From NCBI GenBank assembly GCA_032718475.1, contig JAUCBJ010001668.1:1-64000 (forward strand): 64,000 nt of DNA, given 5' to 3'. The notes under the pieces were generated by a model that had not been told where the DNA came from, searched no databases, and saw nothing but the letters and a program-made list of their open reading frames with translations. Position numbers and translations under genes: made by a program. Positions 1-12,524 of the stretch are shown piece by piece. The DNA is from Nemertoderma westbladi (Eukaryota; Animalia; Xenacoelomorpha). Within the stretch, counting starts at the first letter, position 1. Every line of letters begins with the position of its first letter.

Positions 1-4
1 AGGG

Positions 5-1892
5 CTATATATACGGCCTAACAAGCTACTGCGGCCTCTTAAAAAAAAGAGGCCATTATTTACATTCGCAGCATTATTAATTATTGTCCCCGTCGTAACA
101 ATTATCCACCCCTATAGCGCGAACTTTAACGATCTGGAATATATCATTCATCACAGATAAAGTTTCCTTTAAGAGAGAAGAAGCTATTCAATTAACTACT
201 GGGACGCCACGAACAACATACTGTATGCCCCTCTTTAGACTCACAACCATGAAACATAAAATCCCAGTGTATAAGGTACCTTCGTCATTAACACCAACGA
301 AATCGCCATGATTGTAACTAGCCTCAGGTTGCAACTTCATTTCGTCAATCGTAAGTATAATGTCCCTATCACCGTTCTTATCCACCAATATTTTCAATGC
401 TTTGACTGAATCAATTCCACCAACCTGCAGCTTTGCCAACAAACTTAATGATGGTAGTTGTATTTCTCTCTGCAGTAGTCTATAGGATTGAAGTGACGTA
501 TATCGTAACATCAATGCGTACCGAATAACTGATTGTGAGTACGGGGGCCTCGACTGTTTCGGATAATGCTGATAATGAAGCAACTCCTCGAAAATCGATG
601 AATCACAGTTATCTAGATTCTTAAGATAAGTAACAAAACCATCTATTTGTGACGCGCTTTTTACTATGCAGTGATTGGATGTGAACCACTTTGGTAGAGG
701 CACTGGGCGCTGCATTAACTCCAATAAAACATGCATATTCTTGTCTATCCTGATTGCTCCCTTCAATCTCGGCATTCTTTCCTCTAGTGAAAGGTGATAT
801 AATAAAACATCTTCTTCGGTTTTACGAAACAACCAACCGCTAGGGCAATGTTTAGCTGAAATCTCTGTGATCGAGGAAATTGTATCCACTTTGCGAAATG
901 CCTCCATTTCATCATTCTGATAAATGCGCTGAGTTGGTTCCCGTCGTATACTCCTAGGTTCGGGAATAGCTGATTTAGGTGTACCCTGGGCAGCGATGGT
1001 CGGAATTGGAAACAGATCCCAGCGGAGCGTGACATGGCCAGCTTCCGTAGTCTTTAAATAACGTTCCTCAAAGTGGTCTATACAGACTCTCGAATATTCA
1101 GATGGTTCAAAATCCTTACGATTTATAAACTGAACCCAGGTCTTCCGAAGTTCAGGTTTCTTTTCTGCAGGGAACTTGAATTTCGTTTTGTCGGTATGCC
1201 CACTATATCCACTCTTGCAATTAACGACGCAACATTTATTCACCATATCCTGATATCTGATATATAACAGTATAACTGATACAATACAGTTGACAGTCTT
1301 ACCTATAGGCAGATAGGCCCAGTTCAGCATTTAGAACACACTCAAAAGGTTTATGGGTACATTACGGTTGCCGTACGCGTACAGTAACGATACTAGTTCA
1401 TAGTTCAGCATTAAGCATATGCATCCGGCCCGGCAGTCCGACAAGGCATAGCACTGTAGCGTAGCAGCTGCAGTAGTAGGCCTATAACACAGAAACAATC
1501 TACCCAGCTATCTATATACCATACCTATATACAGGTATACCTACCACTGTGGTGCAGTTTACCTGTTTGTTGTTGTTTAAGTTTTTAAATTTCCCGCGTT
1601 TCTGTAATTACTGTTTTTAATTGTTTGTTATAGTGCCTATAATTGTGTTTGTATTTCTGAAGGTTTTTATTATTTTGTGAATAAATGAGGCTTGTAAGGT
1701 ATACCTACCACAGTATCACGACTGTACTGTCAGACTGTGTTATGTACGAACAGATCAGTGTAAGCCAACTGCAAACTGCAGTACAGACTGCCACCTCAAT
1801 AGGCAACTGCTGTACTGTACTGTTGAAATGAATGGCCTCTTTTTTTTAAGAGGCCGCAGTAGCTTGTTAGGCCGTATATATAGTAGGCCATG
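5..1892 (-). mobile_element. Internally deleted P-element-family (THAP) DNA transposon
   Basis: Inverted repeat CTATATATACGGCCTAACAAGCTACTGCGGCCTCTTA8GAGGCCATT at 5-57 matches 1831-1883; right end continues ...TAGTAGGCCATG (1892). Encloses a THAP plus P-transposase ORF. Left end is at the window edge, so the TSD cannot be checked. Confidence 0.8.
188..1246 (-). pseudogene. THAP-domain P-element transposase, C-terminally truncated
   Basis: From ATG at 1246: MVNKCCVVNC..FKFP..W..VCIDHF..PIPTI (THAP C2CH zinc finger), then LPSLSLL and LTIDEMKLQ typical of P/THAP9 transposases; stops after the first catalytic D region. Confidence 0.85.
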
Positions 1893-2960
1893 GCCCTACA
1901 CTGCTACAGTGGTGGGCTAGCAGCTAGATAAATTTAATTATTACCATAGAACTGTCATTCGGATCTGTCAATCCGTGGATAAGCCGCCTACCGCAGTCTG
2001 AACATTTCAGCATTTACTGATTTACTGTATACGGCCGTGTACTACCGGTACTGTGTATCTAGGTATCAGGTACCTACCGGCCACACAGTATCCAAATCTA
2101 GTCCTTGATCCAAAATACAGCAATTAATTCTGCAATTCAGGAATTAATTTACAACATACATACGACGACAAAACGCTCTGCTACCATTGTCAAAATAATT
2201 AATTCCAACTCTTTACTAATAACTTCTGACTGTATAACAGTATACTCCAGCAATATGACCAAATACAAACCACACACAAAAGACCGAATAACCGTACCTG
2301 TACGGACAACCTCCACCAAAATATATCATACACAGAATATATATTAGGCCATGCCTTATAACCTTTGACACAACTCAAGTCACACCGATCAGCTGACTGC
2401 CATTAGCTGATAAATGAATGCATGCAACGTCTATAAGTCCAGTTGCTCTTTAGTTTGCTACTCCTGTACGTACCTATCTGTAAGGTTTTTTACTTAACTT
2501 GGTTTAGGAATTAAAATTAAACAGCATATCCTTTTAACACGTGTTAACTTCCGAATTAGTTGTTAGGAGCTTCAGGGCTACAATGTTGGTCCAGTTCTAA
2601 AACTGACAGGACCATAGGCAGAGTTAAGAAAAAATGAGAGGGCCGGATTTCAAAATGCCCCGATCGAGACAATTTAATCCAAAAAATATCAATTTGTTTT
2701 GTGTCCCTGGTGTAATATTTTTTCAAAATTTAAAATTTTAGGATGGCTAAAAATTAAATTACAAAAAACAAATATACATCACTAATAACTGTAATATTAA
2801 AGTAATGAAAAGTAAATAACTATACAATAGAAGTAGTAGTTTTCTTATATACAATTGCTGCATATAAATAATAAGGGAAAGTTATATAATGTAAATTTAT
2901 TATCGAAGGCAATAGTAATATGATAGACATAGAAAGTAATAATAAAACAATTAATATTAA

Positions 2961-4352
2961 CCCTATTAAACCCGGGGGGGGGGGCGTCATTATGACCCCC
3001 CCGTGGTTTTTTTATTATAATTCTGAAACAAACGCAGTTGGGAATCTGAAATTTTATGATTTTTCCTAAAAATCTATTGTCTTCCTAGTAGTGAAAACCG
3101 TTTTCAAAAATATTGGGTAGTTTTCGAGTTATAGCACCATTTTTTAACCCTACTTTTGGCACTTTTTTTGAGATGTTTTTTGAAAATTTCATTTCATTAA
3201 ATATTAATTGTAACATCTCTATTTTTGATTTATACCGGTTTTTTGGTGTTAGCAATTGGATGGAATTCATATAAATTGATTTAGAAATTTCAAACTTTTT
3301 TTTTTCGCCGGGTGCCAAATTTTGGTGCAAGCACCAAATTTTGAAATATGTCAATTCTGTAAATTAATTGTTTGAAACTTGTTTGTTATGCAATTGGGGT
3401 TTTTTGGGGTTCTGGTTTCGATGAAATATATACGAGTTGCACCAAGCGTATCAAACTTGTATTTTTCGGTGCTGTGTGCAAATTTTGGTGCTAGCACGAA
3501 ATTTTGAAAATCCATTCAAAAGATAAAATTGTTTCTGACAATTTATTTCTTGCATTTTAGAGGTTTATGGCTGTTCTGAATTAAATGGAATATATAATTA
3601 TCGAATTAGACATCTCAAACTTGTATTTTTCGGAAGTGGGTGCAAAATGTGGTGCTAGCACCAAATTTTGAAAACCATCAAATATATCAATTGATTGTGT
3701 CACCTTGTTTCTTGCGTTATACGGGTTTGTGAGGGTTCTGAATTAAATGGAATCAATAAAAACAGCACTGGACATCGCAAACATGCACTTTTTGGTGATG
3801 GGTACGAAATTTGGTGCTAGCTCCAAAATTTCCCAAATTACGCCGAAAAATACAAGTAGCAATGATCTGGCATATTAGAAATGTATTCCATTAGAATCAG
3901 CGCCCTAGACAACCTATAAATGTGAATTTATAGCATCGTATAAGTGAATAAAAAATTTTGTGTTCAAACTGAAAAGTGCTGGTTACTTGTTTTTTTCATT
4001 TTTTTCCTACGCAGATAGGACTAAACAGCCATTTATAGTAATCACATCATTTTTAAATATTTTCCAATGTTTTTACTCACCAGAAAACCTGTATTGAAAT
4101 ACAATTAGCTGAAAAATGTAACTTTCAAATTTTGTGAAAATTGTGCACTACTTGTAATTTTGGTGCTGCAATATAACCACCCCAGTACATTTTTTTGAAA
4201 ATTTTGTTTTCGGTCTGATCCGGACTAATGATACCTACGTACAAACAAAAAATCAGACGTTTTCTTAAAAATTTGTAGATTTTAGAGGGGGGGTCAATAT
4301 GACCCCCCCCCCCAGTATTTGTACAACATTTTACAGCCCAGTACTAATAGGG
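2961..4352 (+). mobile_element. piggyBac-type non-autonomous element (MITE), copy 1, with internal deletion
   Basis: TTAA|CCCTATTA...TAATAGGG|TTAA. The empty TTAA site is seen at 13660-13663 in the duplicated region. Near-identical to 15352-16934 and 53693-55263 but about 180 bp shorter. Confidence 0.9.
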
Positions 4353-4399
4353 TTAAAATTTAACCAATTTTTATTTGTCTCATAGGTGTTGATCCTCTA

Positions 4400-4715
4400 G
4401 CCCCCCTCCCCCCTCCCCCCCCCCCCCCCACCCCCGCCGGCGCCCCTGTCGGCGGCACCCCTGTCGGCGGTGCCCCCATCGGCAGCGCCCCCATCGGCAG
4501 CGCCCCCGTCAGCGGCGCCCCTGTCGCCGCCCCCGTCGGCGTCGCCCCTGTCACCGCCCCCATCGGTGTCACCTCCGTAGCCGCCCCCATCAGCGTTGCC
4601 CCCGTCGGCGTCGACCCGTCGCTGCCCCCGTCGGCGTCACCCCCGTTGCCGCCCCTGTCGTCGCCCCTGTCGCCGCCCCCGTCGTCACCGCCCCCATCGG
4701 CGCAGCTGCCGACCG
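4400..4715. repeat. GC-rich 12-15-bp minisatellite (GCCCCCRTCGGCG-like) with poly-C head
   Basis: Visible tandem units; shorter version at about 13720-13835 preceded by (CATAGT)n. Confidence 0.85.
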
Positions 4716-5322
4716 GCTGGTTGCGAAGAATAGACGAAGGGAATAGAATAATTGTAATTCTAAGAGGAATATAATTTTCTTTTCTTTTTTGGAATAATTA
4801 AGTGGTGGTACTGGATAGTGCTGAAATCCGATAAACTATTGAATTTTGTGGTATCTTAGTTTTAAGTCTTAAGTTAATAAGTAGATTGCGTTTGTAATTA
4901 ACAGCAGAATTTAAATTTATTATTTTGGTACTGAATTATAAAATTCAGTAAAATTTTATTTTTATATTTAATTTTCTTTTCAGTGATACGTTTGATACGT
5001 TTGCAGTTGTTAGTGAAACATCAATGCAATATGAAAAATTCTTCTGCGGTGAGCTTATGGGGGTCGGTTCCATTATTACAATCAATGAACCCACATATTG
5101 TGGAACCAACATAACCCATCGATAACCATAAATGATAAAGTGAAGGTGGTCATGTACCCACCAGACCTGCGCGGCCTACATAATAATGATTAGAAAGTTG
5201 CTAAACATTATAATATACTTTCCAAGTTTATCCCTGGCTACATAAATTGTTGAGTATTATGCATAATAAAGCTTAATTAATATAATGTTTTATATTTATA
5301 GATCAATATGGTTTATCTTTAT

Positions 5323-5833
5323 GGTGTGGGGCAGTATGTCGTAGAAACTACTACGAGAGGGTATGCCCCTGCTATCATGGGTTACACCCTATGTGGTGTG
5401 GGGCAGTATGTCGTAGAAACTACTATGAGAGGGTATGTCCCTGCTATCATGGGTTACACCCTATGTGGTGTGGGGCAGTATGTCATAGAAACTACTACAA
5501 GAGGGTATGCCCCTGCTATCATGGGTTACACCCTATGTGGTGTGGGGCAGTATGTCGTAGAAACTACTACGAGAGGGTATGCCCCTGCTATCATGGGTTA
5601 CACCCTATCTGGTGTGGGGCAGTATGTCGTAGAAACTACTACGAGAGGGTATGCCCCTGCTATCATGGGTTACACCCTATGTGGTGTGGGGCAGTATGTC
5701 GTAGAAACTACTACGAGAGGGTATGCCCCTGCTATCATGGGTTACACCCTATCTGGTGTGGGGCAGTATGTCGTAGAAACTACTACGAGAGGGTATGCCC
5801 CTGCTATCATGGGTTACACCCTATGTGGTGTGT
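5323..5833. repeat. 72-bp tandem repeat, about 7 copies
   Basis: Unit GGTGTGGGGCAGTATGTCGTAGAAACTACTACGAGAGGGTATGCCCCTGCTATCATGGGTTACACCCTATGT; yields 24-aa repeat ORFs; only 2 copies in the paralogous region (about 14228-14378). Confidence 0.95.
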
Positions 5834-8800
5834 AAAGGCATTATATAATATAATCCGGTTATATATGTATATTATTTACAGAGCAGTCGATTGAGGTTAA
5901 AAAGGATAGATCTGAAGGAGGAAAACCAATGTAAAATAAAAAAGCTTATGGAAAACTTAATGAAAATGTTAAAGTAGCTGGGCAGATTCATTAATTGATG
6001 TGTGCAAATTTAGCTAATTTATTGTTCGATTCCACTCACAATAAAAAATAAAATCGTCTGCATATTGAAATAAATATTTTCTAATTTTAAATATTCCATT
6101 GTGAAGGCGCTGCTGGCTTTTCGATAAAATGGTGCCGACACAACTTCCTATCACATCGGTCTGATAGATGTTAGGACAATTGAGACCCGGACAATTGTGA
6201 CTCCGAAATTTGCGACTCAGACAATTGCGACCCGGTAAATTGCGAGTCATGATTTTATAAAAAATTGATGATTCGTAATATGGAGCCTTCCCACACATTT
6301 TTCTACAAATTTTAATGAATTTGCATGGAATTTGAAATAGGGCTAGTTTCGCCTCCCCTACCTATGAAAGATCTTTTTACAGAACACAAGCGAAAACAGT
6401 GGAATAGAAAGAGCAGGTTCTCTGTTAGGAACCTTTTATGACATATAACATTAGGGATCTCTGGCCATGTGTTAACCATCTTTAACTCTAGTTTTAATTT
6501 ATTCCAGGTCTGATCTGATAAGAAATGAATATTTAATATCGCGACAATTTAATTCTATAATTACTTATAGAAATGTAACAATTGACTAATTTTATGTAAA
6601 CGTAGGTACCCTGTGTTATTTTTTTGTTGTCATTGTGTTTTGGACTTTGAGTGTTTTTGGAGGTTCTTCGGATGTGTTTGACGGTGATCGAATGTGTTCG
6701 GTCATGTTTGTCTTTAAGTACCTTCCCTAATAATGAATTAATTTATATTTTAGACAACAATAAAATCAACTCATCGTGGGGTCTATGGTTATTACAACCG
6801 ATGCCCATGTTTTTCATCGCAAATAACGAAGGACATTCGTTGAGTAATTCAAACTGATGTTCTTCTCGAAAATGTTCCAGTAAACACAGAGGGAAAATCA
6901 ATCCGGCAGGGTGTTTTTCACTCCAGTCGATTTACCTCGCTTTTCTTGGGACAGGGAGCAATGAACGTTTGTTAATTATAATATTTAATTTTATTACATA
7001 ATTTAAAACCTTAAATAAAATATGATACAATGTAATTAAACATAAACATAGATAAATAAAATAATTTTTTATTTCGTAGGTCCAAGAAAAAGCTCAGCCA
7101 TACAATACAGCTCACCCCTTCTGCCTATCTGGCTTCTGCGGCTGCATGTGCTGAACTTACTGGCTGTCTTTTCACCGCCACTGCGCCTACTCCATCTCGA
7201 AACACCTTAACTGATCACTTAACTGATTATTATCTTTCTTTCAATGAAATGCACACTGCAGAAATGTACATGGAATAGTTTTTAGTATCCAAGGCCCTGC
7301 CAGGCCGAGACTTACAATTCATTTTTTTTAACCTAACAGGATAAAATAAAATTTTCAAAATTATCTGTTTTTCTTTTCTTTTATATTCACTTTTCTAGAG
7401 CATGTTATAACAGGGTTTAAATATAGACTGCTCCTGGTAGCAGTTAGGTGAAGATAATGTATGTAAGGGCGGAGGTCTGGTTTAAGTGGTTTAAGTTACA
7501 ATAATATAAATTCGGCATCTTGCCACCTTCATGAGTATGGTTGTAAATTATAAAGAATTAATATTGCGGCAAATTGCCACATTTCGGGTTGTTACGGAAA
7601 CGGTTCATATTATGTTTTTCCTTACGTGATAAATTAATTTTAATTCTTTTTTTTATTTAGTCCAAAACTCAGACATTAACAAATCACCAAGTGCGGCAAC
7701 ATGTCAATCAATAAATACAACAATACAATGGACAATGGAATGTGGTTGGATGGTCCAAATCGAGCAGTTTTGGAGCAGATAAAGAAGGGGGGACAATGTT
7801 TGACTCCTCAAAATTGCACATAACGTCTGTTCGACCCATTGGACAGTATCAGTTTCAGCTTCTCGAAGGTAAGCTATTTAATTAAAAATAGTTTAATAAT
7901 TTCTGTTAATGATAACGATCATTAGCACTTTGAGTATCAAAAACAGTATGATGGACCAATATAAATTTGGTTATTATATTATAAACAATCTAGTCCTATG
8001 AAAAAATTTATAATTTATAATAAATATGTAATATATTTCGCTATTTAAGAAAACTTTTAGTGAAAATTAAAAATTATATATGTAAAAGTTGAAGAGTATC
8101 ATATACTTAGTCCAATGGGAAATAATTTATTTTTTTCATTAATTTTAATTAGCCAATCAAGTCCTTACCGATAGATATGTACAGCAGTAGCGAAACTGCA
8201 CCGATATATGTTGGATGCAATCAGTGATCAGCTAACGGCAGTCAGCTGAACGGTAGGTCTCACCTCACAGTGAAAGGCATTATGAAGAGTCCAATCCTGG
8301 AAATGACCGTGAGGGTGAAGTCCGAAATGGGAGAAGGAAAGGGAGCGTTACATAATGAAGATTGTGTGTAATATTAACTAACCAATATGGGAAGCAGCAA
8401 CACAAACTTGGGAGGCGAAACCTACCGATCAGCTGACTGCCATTAGCTGATAAATGAATGCATGCAACGTCTATAAGTCCAGTTGCTCTTTAGTTTGCTA
8501 CTCCTGTACATACCTCTCTGTAAGGTTTTTTACTTAACTTGGTTTAGGAATTAAAATTAAACAGCATATCCTTTTAACACGTGTTAACTTCCGAATTAGT
8601 TGTTAGGAGCTTCAGGGCTACACTGTTGGTCCAGTTCTAAAACTGACAGGACTATGGTGGCCCATGAGTATCATAACAAAAAAATATATTTATATATTTT
8701 TAAATGAAATAAAAAAACTCATTTTAAAATGCATATGAAAAAAAATTCAAACAAAAAATAAAATGCAATTTAAAATGTATTTTAAAGTCGATTTCAAAAC

Positions 8801-9460
8801 GATTTTTAAAAGGCATTTTAAAACGCATTCACGACACGCAGCCCATAGAGTATCATAACAGACTGTCGTAATGGTAGCTGGCCCGGGAGTATCATATCGA
8901 ACTGGCAGAGGATAGGCCTAACATGCGCATGCGCGCGCATGCGCATACGGCAGGCTACCTAGTTCCCTTGCTGCCAGCTGTAGAGTACCGGTAGTGCACT
9001 ACTGTTGAACTGCACTAGACAGAATCAGAACAGCAGAAGTCAGCTAGTGCAGTAGTGGTATCGGTTCTGCGGTTGTGGCACTTGTGGCAAGGCCCTAGGC
9101 GTACCGGTACCTGTAACTGAATAAGCTCTTTGCTTTGAGTATGCTGAGCGTAGAAAAGCACTATAACTAACTGTATAAGACTATGGCAGTTCGCAGTATG
9201 GCTATATAAATACAGAAATACCCTATATAGGCTATTATTAGCCTATAGCACTGTAGCAGTATAGGGCTGTAGGGTGACCAGTGACCACTGATAGATTGCA
9301 GGTACCGGTCACCGGTACGTCTGTACGTTGTTTGACTTTGTGCCAATGCTGTTATCTGTTCTGCTGTTATTCAGAAACTGCTACCGGTAGTAAACCGCAT
9401 ACATTGAAATTTCATTATTATATTTATATTGGACGACATCGATTGCCTCGCTATACTGCT

Positions 9461-10667
9461 ATGCCACCACGAACAGAATGGAAGGATGACAAGATTCTTA
9501 AAGCGGCTTTGGCTTGGTATGTAAAGAAAAACTACAAAAAAAACGGAGATTCTTAACTACATGGAACGCGATTTTGATGAATATGCATGGAGTTTGGCCA
9601 CATTAAGTCGCCGCATGAAGCATTTTGAAATTAGGTATATAGATGACTGTGATCCGCAGATCGTTATGGCTGCTATAGTTAGTGAGTTAGACGGCCCTTC
9701 TCAGAAACTTGGATATAGAGGAATGCATCAAGTTCTCCGTGATAAACATAACTTAAAAGTTCCACGTAGCCTAGTTTCGGACATACTACGAGACGTTGAT
9801 CCAAGAGGTACTGAAGAACGGACACCCAGGTTTAAAGATAAACGTGTGAGAAGTCTATTTGAAAGTGGTGGTTCTTTTCAGACGCTGAGTATAGACGGCC
9901 ACGACAAATTATGTGGATACCAAAACAGTACATTTCCCCTGGGGGTCTTTGCGTTTTTAGATACTTATTCTAGAAAAGTACTTAAAATCAATGTTTTATT
10001 CTCCAACTCACAGCCTTTAGCTATCGCCTCACTATATTATGATTTACTTACTGAAATAAAGTGTATGCCAGTGTTCATTAGGTGCGATAGAGGTACCGAG
10101 ATGGGTAAGCTAGCTACATTGCATTCATACCTTATAGATCAACAAGATATTATGGATGACCCAACAGAAGCTATAATATTTGGGCCTTCCACGACCAATA
10201 AAATTGAACGATGGTGGAGGGATCTTCACGAACGCATGGTAATGTATTATAAGGATCAACTTACAGATCTGTTAGTTACGAATCAATACGATCCACATAA
10301 CGCAAATGACAGGCTTGTTATGGCCTACGTTTACATACCCATTGTGCAGAAGGATTGCGATATGTTCGTGTCAAACTGGAACTCACATAGAATTCGAGCA
10401 CAGAAGATAGGATTACCAACGGGAATTCCAAATCATATGTTTGATTTTCCCGAAACATACGGTGGCCAGAAATACTCGCTCGATTTTGATTTACATGACT
10501 TGCAACTGGTTGCAGAGCAACTAGGTATCACTGACTATAGTAAGACCCGTATTATGGACTGTGAGGTTATAAGAAAGTGCACTCAGATATTGCCAGAACC
10601 CGCTAATATTAAGAGTTGTGATGCTAAGGAAGTCTTCATTTATCTTAAAGAAAAAATTAAAGAATAG
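9461..10667 (+). CDS. IS3EU DDE (integrase-like) transposase; +1 frameshift in A8 run at about 9536-9543
   Basis: MPPRTEW..YKK joins ..EILNYMERDF if one A is removed. Motifs LGYRGM, SIDGHDKL, RCDRGTE, KIERWWRD, WNSHRIR, GIPNHMF. Confidence 0.85.
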
Positions 10668-11213
10668 TTAAAAGAGAAACATATATATTTATTATAATTA
10701 TAAGGCTATAGAGGGAGGGATGTAACAGATTGGGCATTTATTTTCATTGGCAATCCGGACGGCTAGTACGTAAATTGTATTAACAGTTAACACGTTATTT
10801 TCAATGATAATCCAGATTGCTGAATACCCTATTGGAATCATGGATTTTCAAGGTAATTATTAAATTTCAACTAAACTACTACAACTAACAACTAAAAAAG
10901 TTAAAACTTAAAGCGAACACTAAAACTAAAAAAACCAACAAAAAAAAAACAGTAAAACCAAAAATGTATAAGTTTCGCTGTATGGAATAGAACGTAGGTG
11001 AGTTACCCCGGTATTAATTTCATTGCAATTTAGATAATTTACCAAACCAGATATTAGTATTATTCAATGTTAGTAACCCTAGCACAAACCCAAACTAGCT
11101 GCCGGCTAAAATGTATGAAAAACTAAAGAACTTATGCTAAAATAAAAAAGCAAGTTATAGTTATAAGCAAGTTCTATTGCATGAGTCACATGACGAATGA
11201 TATGATAGGCCTA

Positions 11214-12524
11214 CTAAGTGTTTTCATGGAGGTGCATAATTTTGCAATAACGGTTGCATTTATGGGATAGGAGGAAGTTTTCAATACCGATCACTGAGCA
11301 ATTCCCTGTGCAAAAGTATATCTCTTGGTCGTCATACGTTAGTTCTCTACTGGCGATCTCAGGGTCATACAATCGCAGATCTGTGCCCTGAATATCTAAT
11401 AGCATTATCTTCTTCTTCGTATGTATATATGAGTAATGGGCGAGCGCCTGTGCCTTATCATAGTTATCCAGCTTGTAATTGCTGAGGTCTTGGTCACTCG
11501 TATCTGTTACTGTGCCGCAGTTGTTTATGTATTTAATAAATGTGCCAGGTACATGCTCCTCTACTGTAATAAATTCCATCTCAGATGAATCCATCACCCC
11601 AAACCAAACCTTATTGTAGACGAAAGTTTCTCCAAAATCTTCGTCGAAATTACTCACACACTTCGAGAATGAATCAGTGATTGTAGAAGCAACGGTATGC
11701 ATTTGTACCTGTTTTCGAGTGTGATATTCGACGGTTGTTCCCAGTTCCTCAGTTAACATTGCTTCCACACTGGGTTTGCATTTTTTCACAACAAACTTTT
11801 CATTGCCATCGCAATTGTAGGCCATATGGGCAGATCTAAACCCACCCTCCGCAAAAGGTACTTTGGACACCTTGTATCTGCCGGCTTTCTCTATATTCCA
11901 AGTGGAGTGCTCAATATCAAATTCTTCACGACATATAGTGACAGCAATGTATTTATCATCTACTATAACTTTACCTGCCTTTATTAAGCATGACACTGAT
12001 ACAGATTTTGGATAAATCTTCGGACTCTCAACTGCCCGTGAAGAAATTGGTTCTAAATCCTGCAGTGCGGTACTCACTTTACCACCTGCAGCAGCATCAC
12101 TACCGGGCGTGGTAGGTTGGCTACTAGTACTAGGTCTACTACTACCACCAGTAAACCTGACAAAGTAAATCTTCTTACATCCCAATTGTTCGATGTCAGA
12201 GCAGCTTGGGCCCCTCTCACTAGCCAAAACATCACAACTTCCCTCGGGTTCACCATAGTATGCCTCACAGGCAGTCTTTATGTTAGTGATGCGTAGGTCC
12301 TCATAGTCAGCTTGGAAAGGTACAAAGTGGCGAGGCCCAATCGGTTCGTATTTAGATAGTCTACCTCCAGAGTGTTCAGATAATTTTTGTACAGTTAGCC
12401 ATTGCGGGGATTTGAGTCTACCGGTAGCACCTTGTTGCACTCTCTTCGTGCGTTTCGCTGACAGTCTCGCCTCCAAATTGCCGATGTTTGTTTTTCTTCC
12501 TTTCTGTCCCGCAACTCCTGCCAT
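11214..12524 (-). CDS. Alpha-kinase (eEF2K/MHCK/TRPM7-type atypical kinase) cargo
   Basis: Intact intronless ORF with PFAEGGFRSA, VVKK, TVEEHVPGTFIKYINN, AQALAHYSY, LLDIQG, LYDPEIAS, GNCS..GI..F, and zinc motif HKCNRYC. Confidence 0.92.
   Translation of the reverse strand: MAGVAGQKGRKTNIGNLEARLSAKRTKRVQQGATGRLKSPQWLTVQKLSEHSGGRLSKYEPIGPRHFVPFQADYEDLRITNIKTACEAYYGEPEGSCDVLASERGPSCSDIEQLGCKKIYFVRFTGGSSRPSTSSQPTTPGSDAAAGGKVSTALQDLEPISSRAVESPKIYPKSVSVSCLIKAGKVIVDDKYIAVTICREEFDIEHSTWNIEKAGRYKVSKVPFAEGGFRSAHMAYNCDGNEKFVVKKCKPSVEAMLTEELGTTVEYHTRKQVQMHTVASTITDSFSKCVSNFDEDFGETFVYNKVWFGVMDSSEMEFITVEEHVPGTFIKYINNCGTVTDTSDQDLSNYKLDNYDKAQALAHYSYIHTKKKIMLLDIQGTDLRLYDPEIASRELTYDDQEIYFCTGNCSVIGIENFLLSHKCNRYCKIMHLHENT

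Larger units (their letters stand above)
2384..8266. mobile_element. TIR element, copy 1 (possibly MULE-like, non-autonomous; left tip missing)
   Basis: ACCGATCAGCTGACTGCCATTAGCTGA at 2384 is inverted at about 8227-8266 (..TCAGCTAACGGCAGTCAGCTGAACGGTAGGTCTCACCTC). 2384-5860 is repeated at 8424-14397. Superfamily is a guess from the GAGGCGAAAC terminus. Confidence 0.55.

Noticed and set aside
4360-4590. Gly/Ala/Pro-repeat ORF as a structural protein
   Set aside because: Translation of a GC-rich minisatellite whose paralogous copy differs in length; no independent coding evidence.
9530-9545. Programmed IS3-style frameshift at the A8 run
   Set aside because: Joining the frames needs +1, not the -1 used by bacterial IS3; a homopolymer indel (mutation or sequencing error) is simpler.
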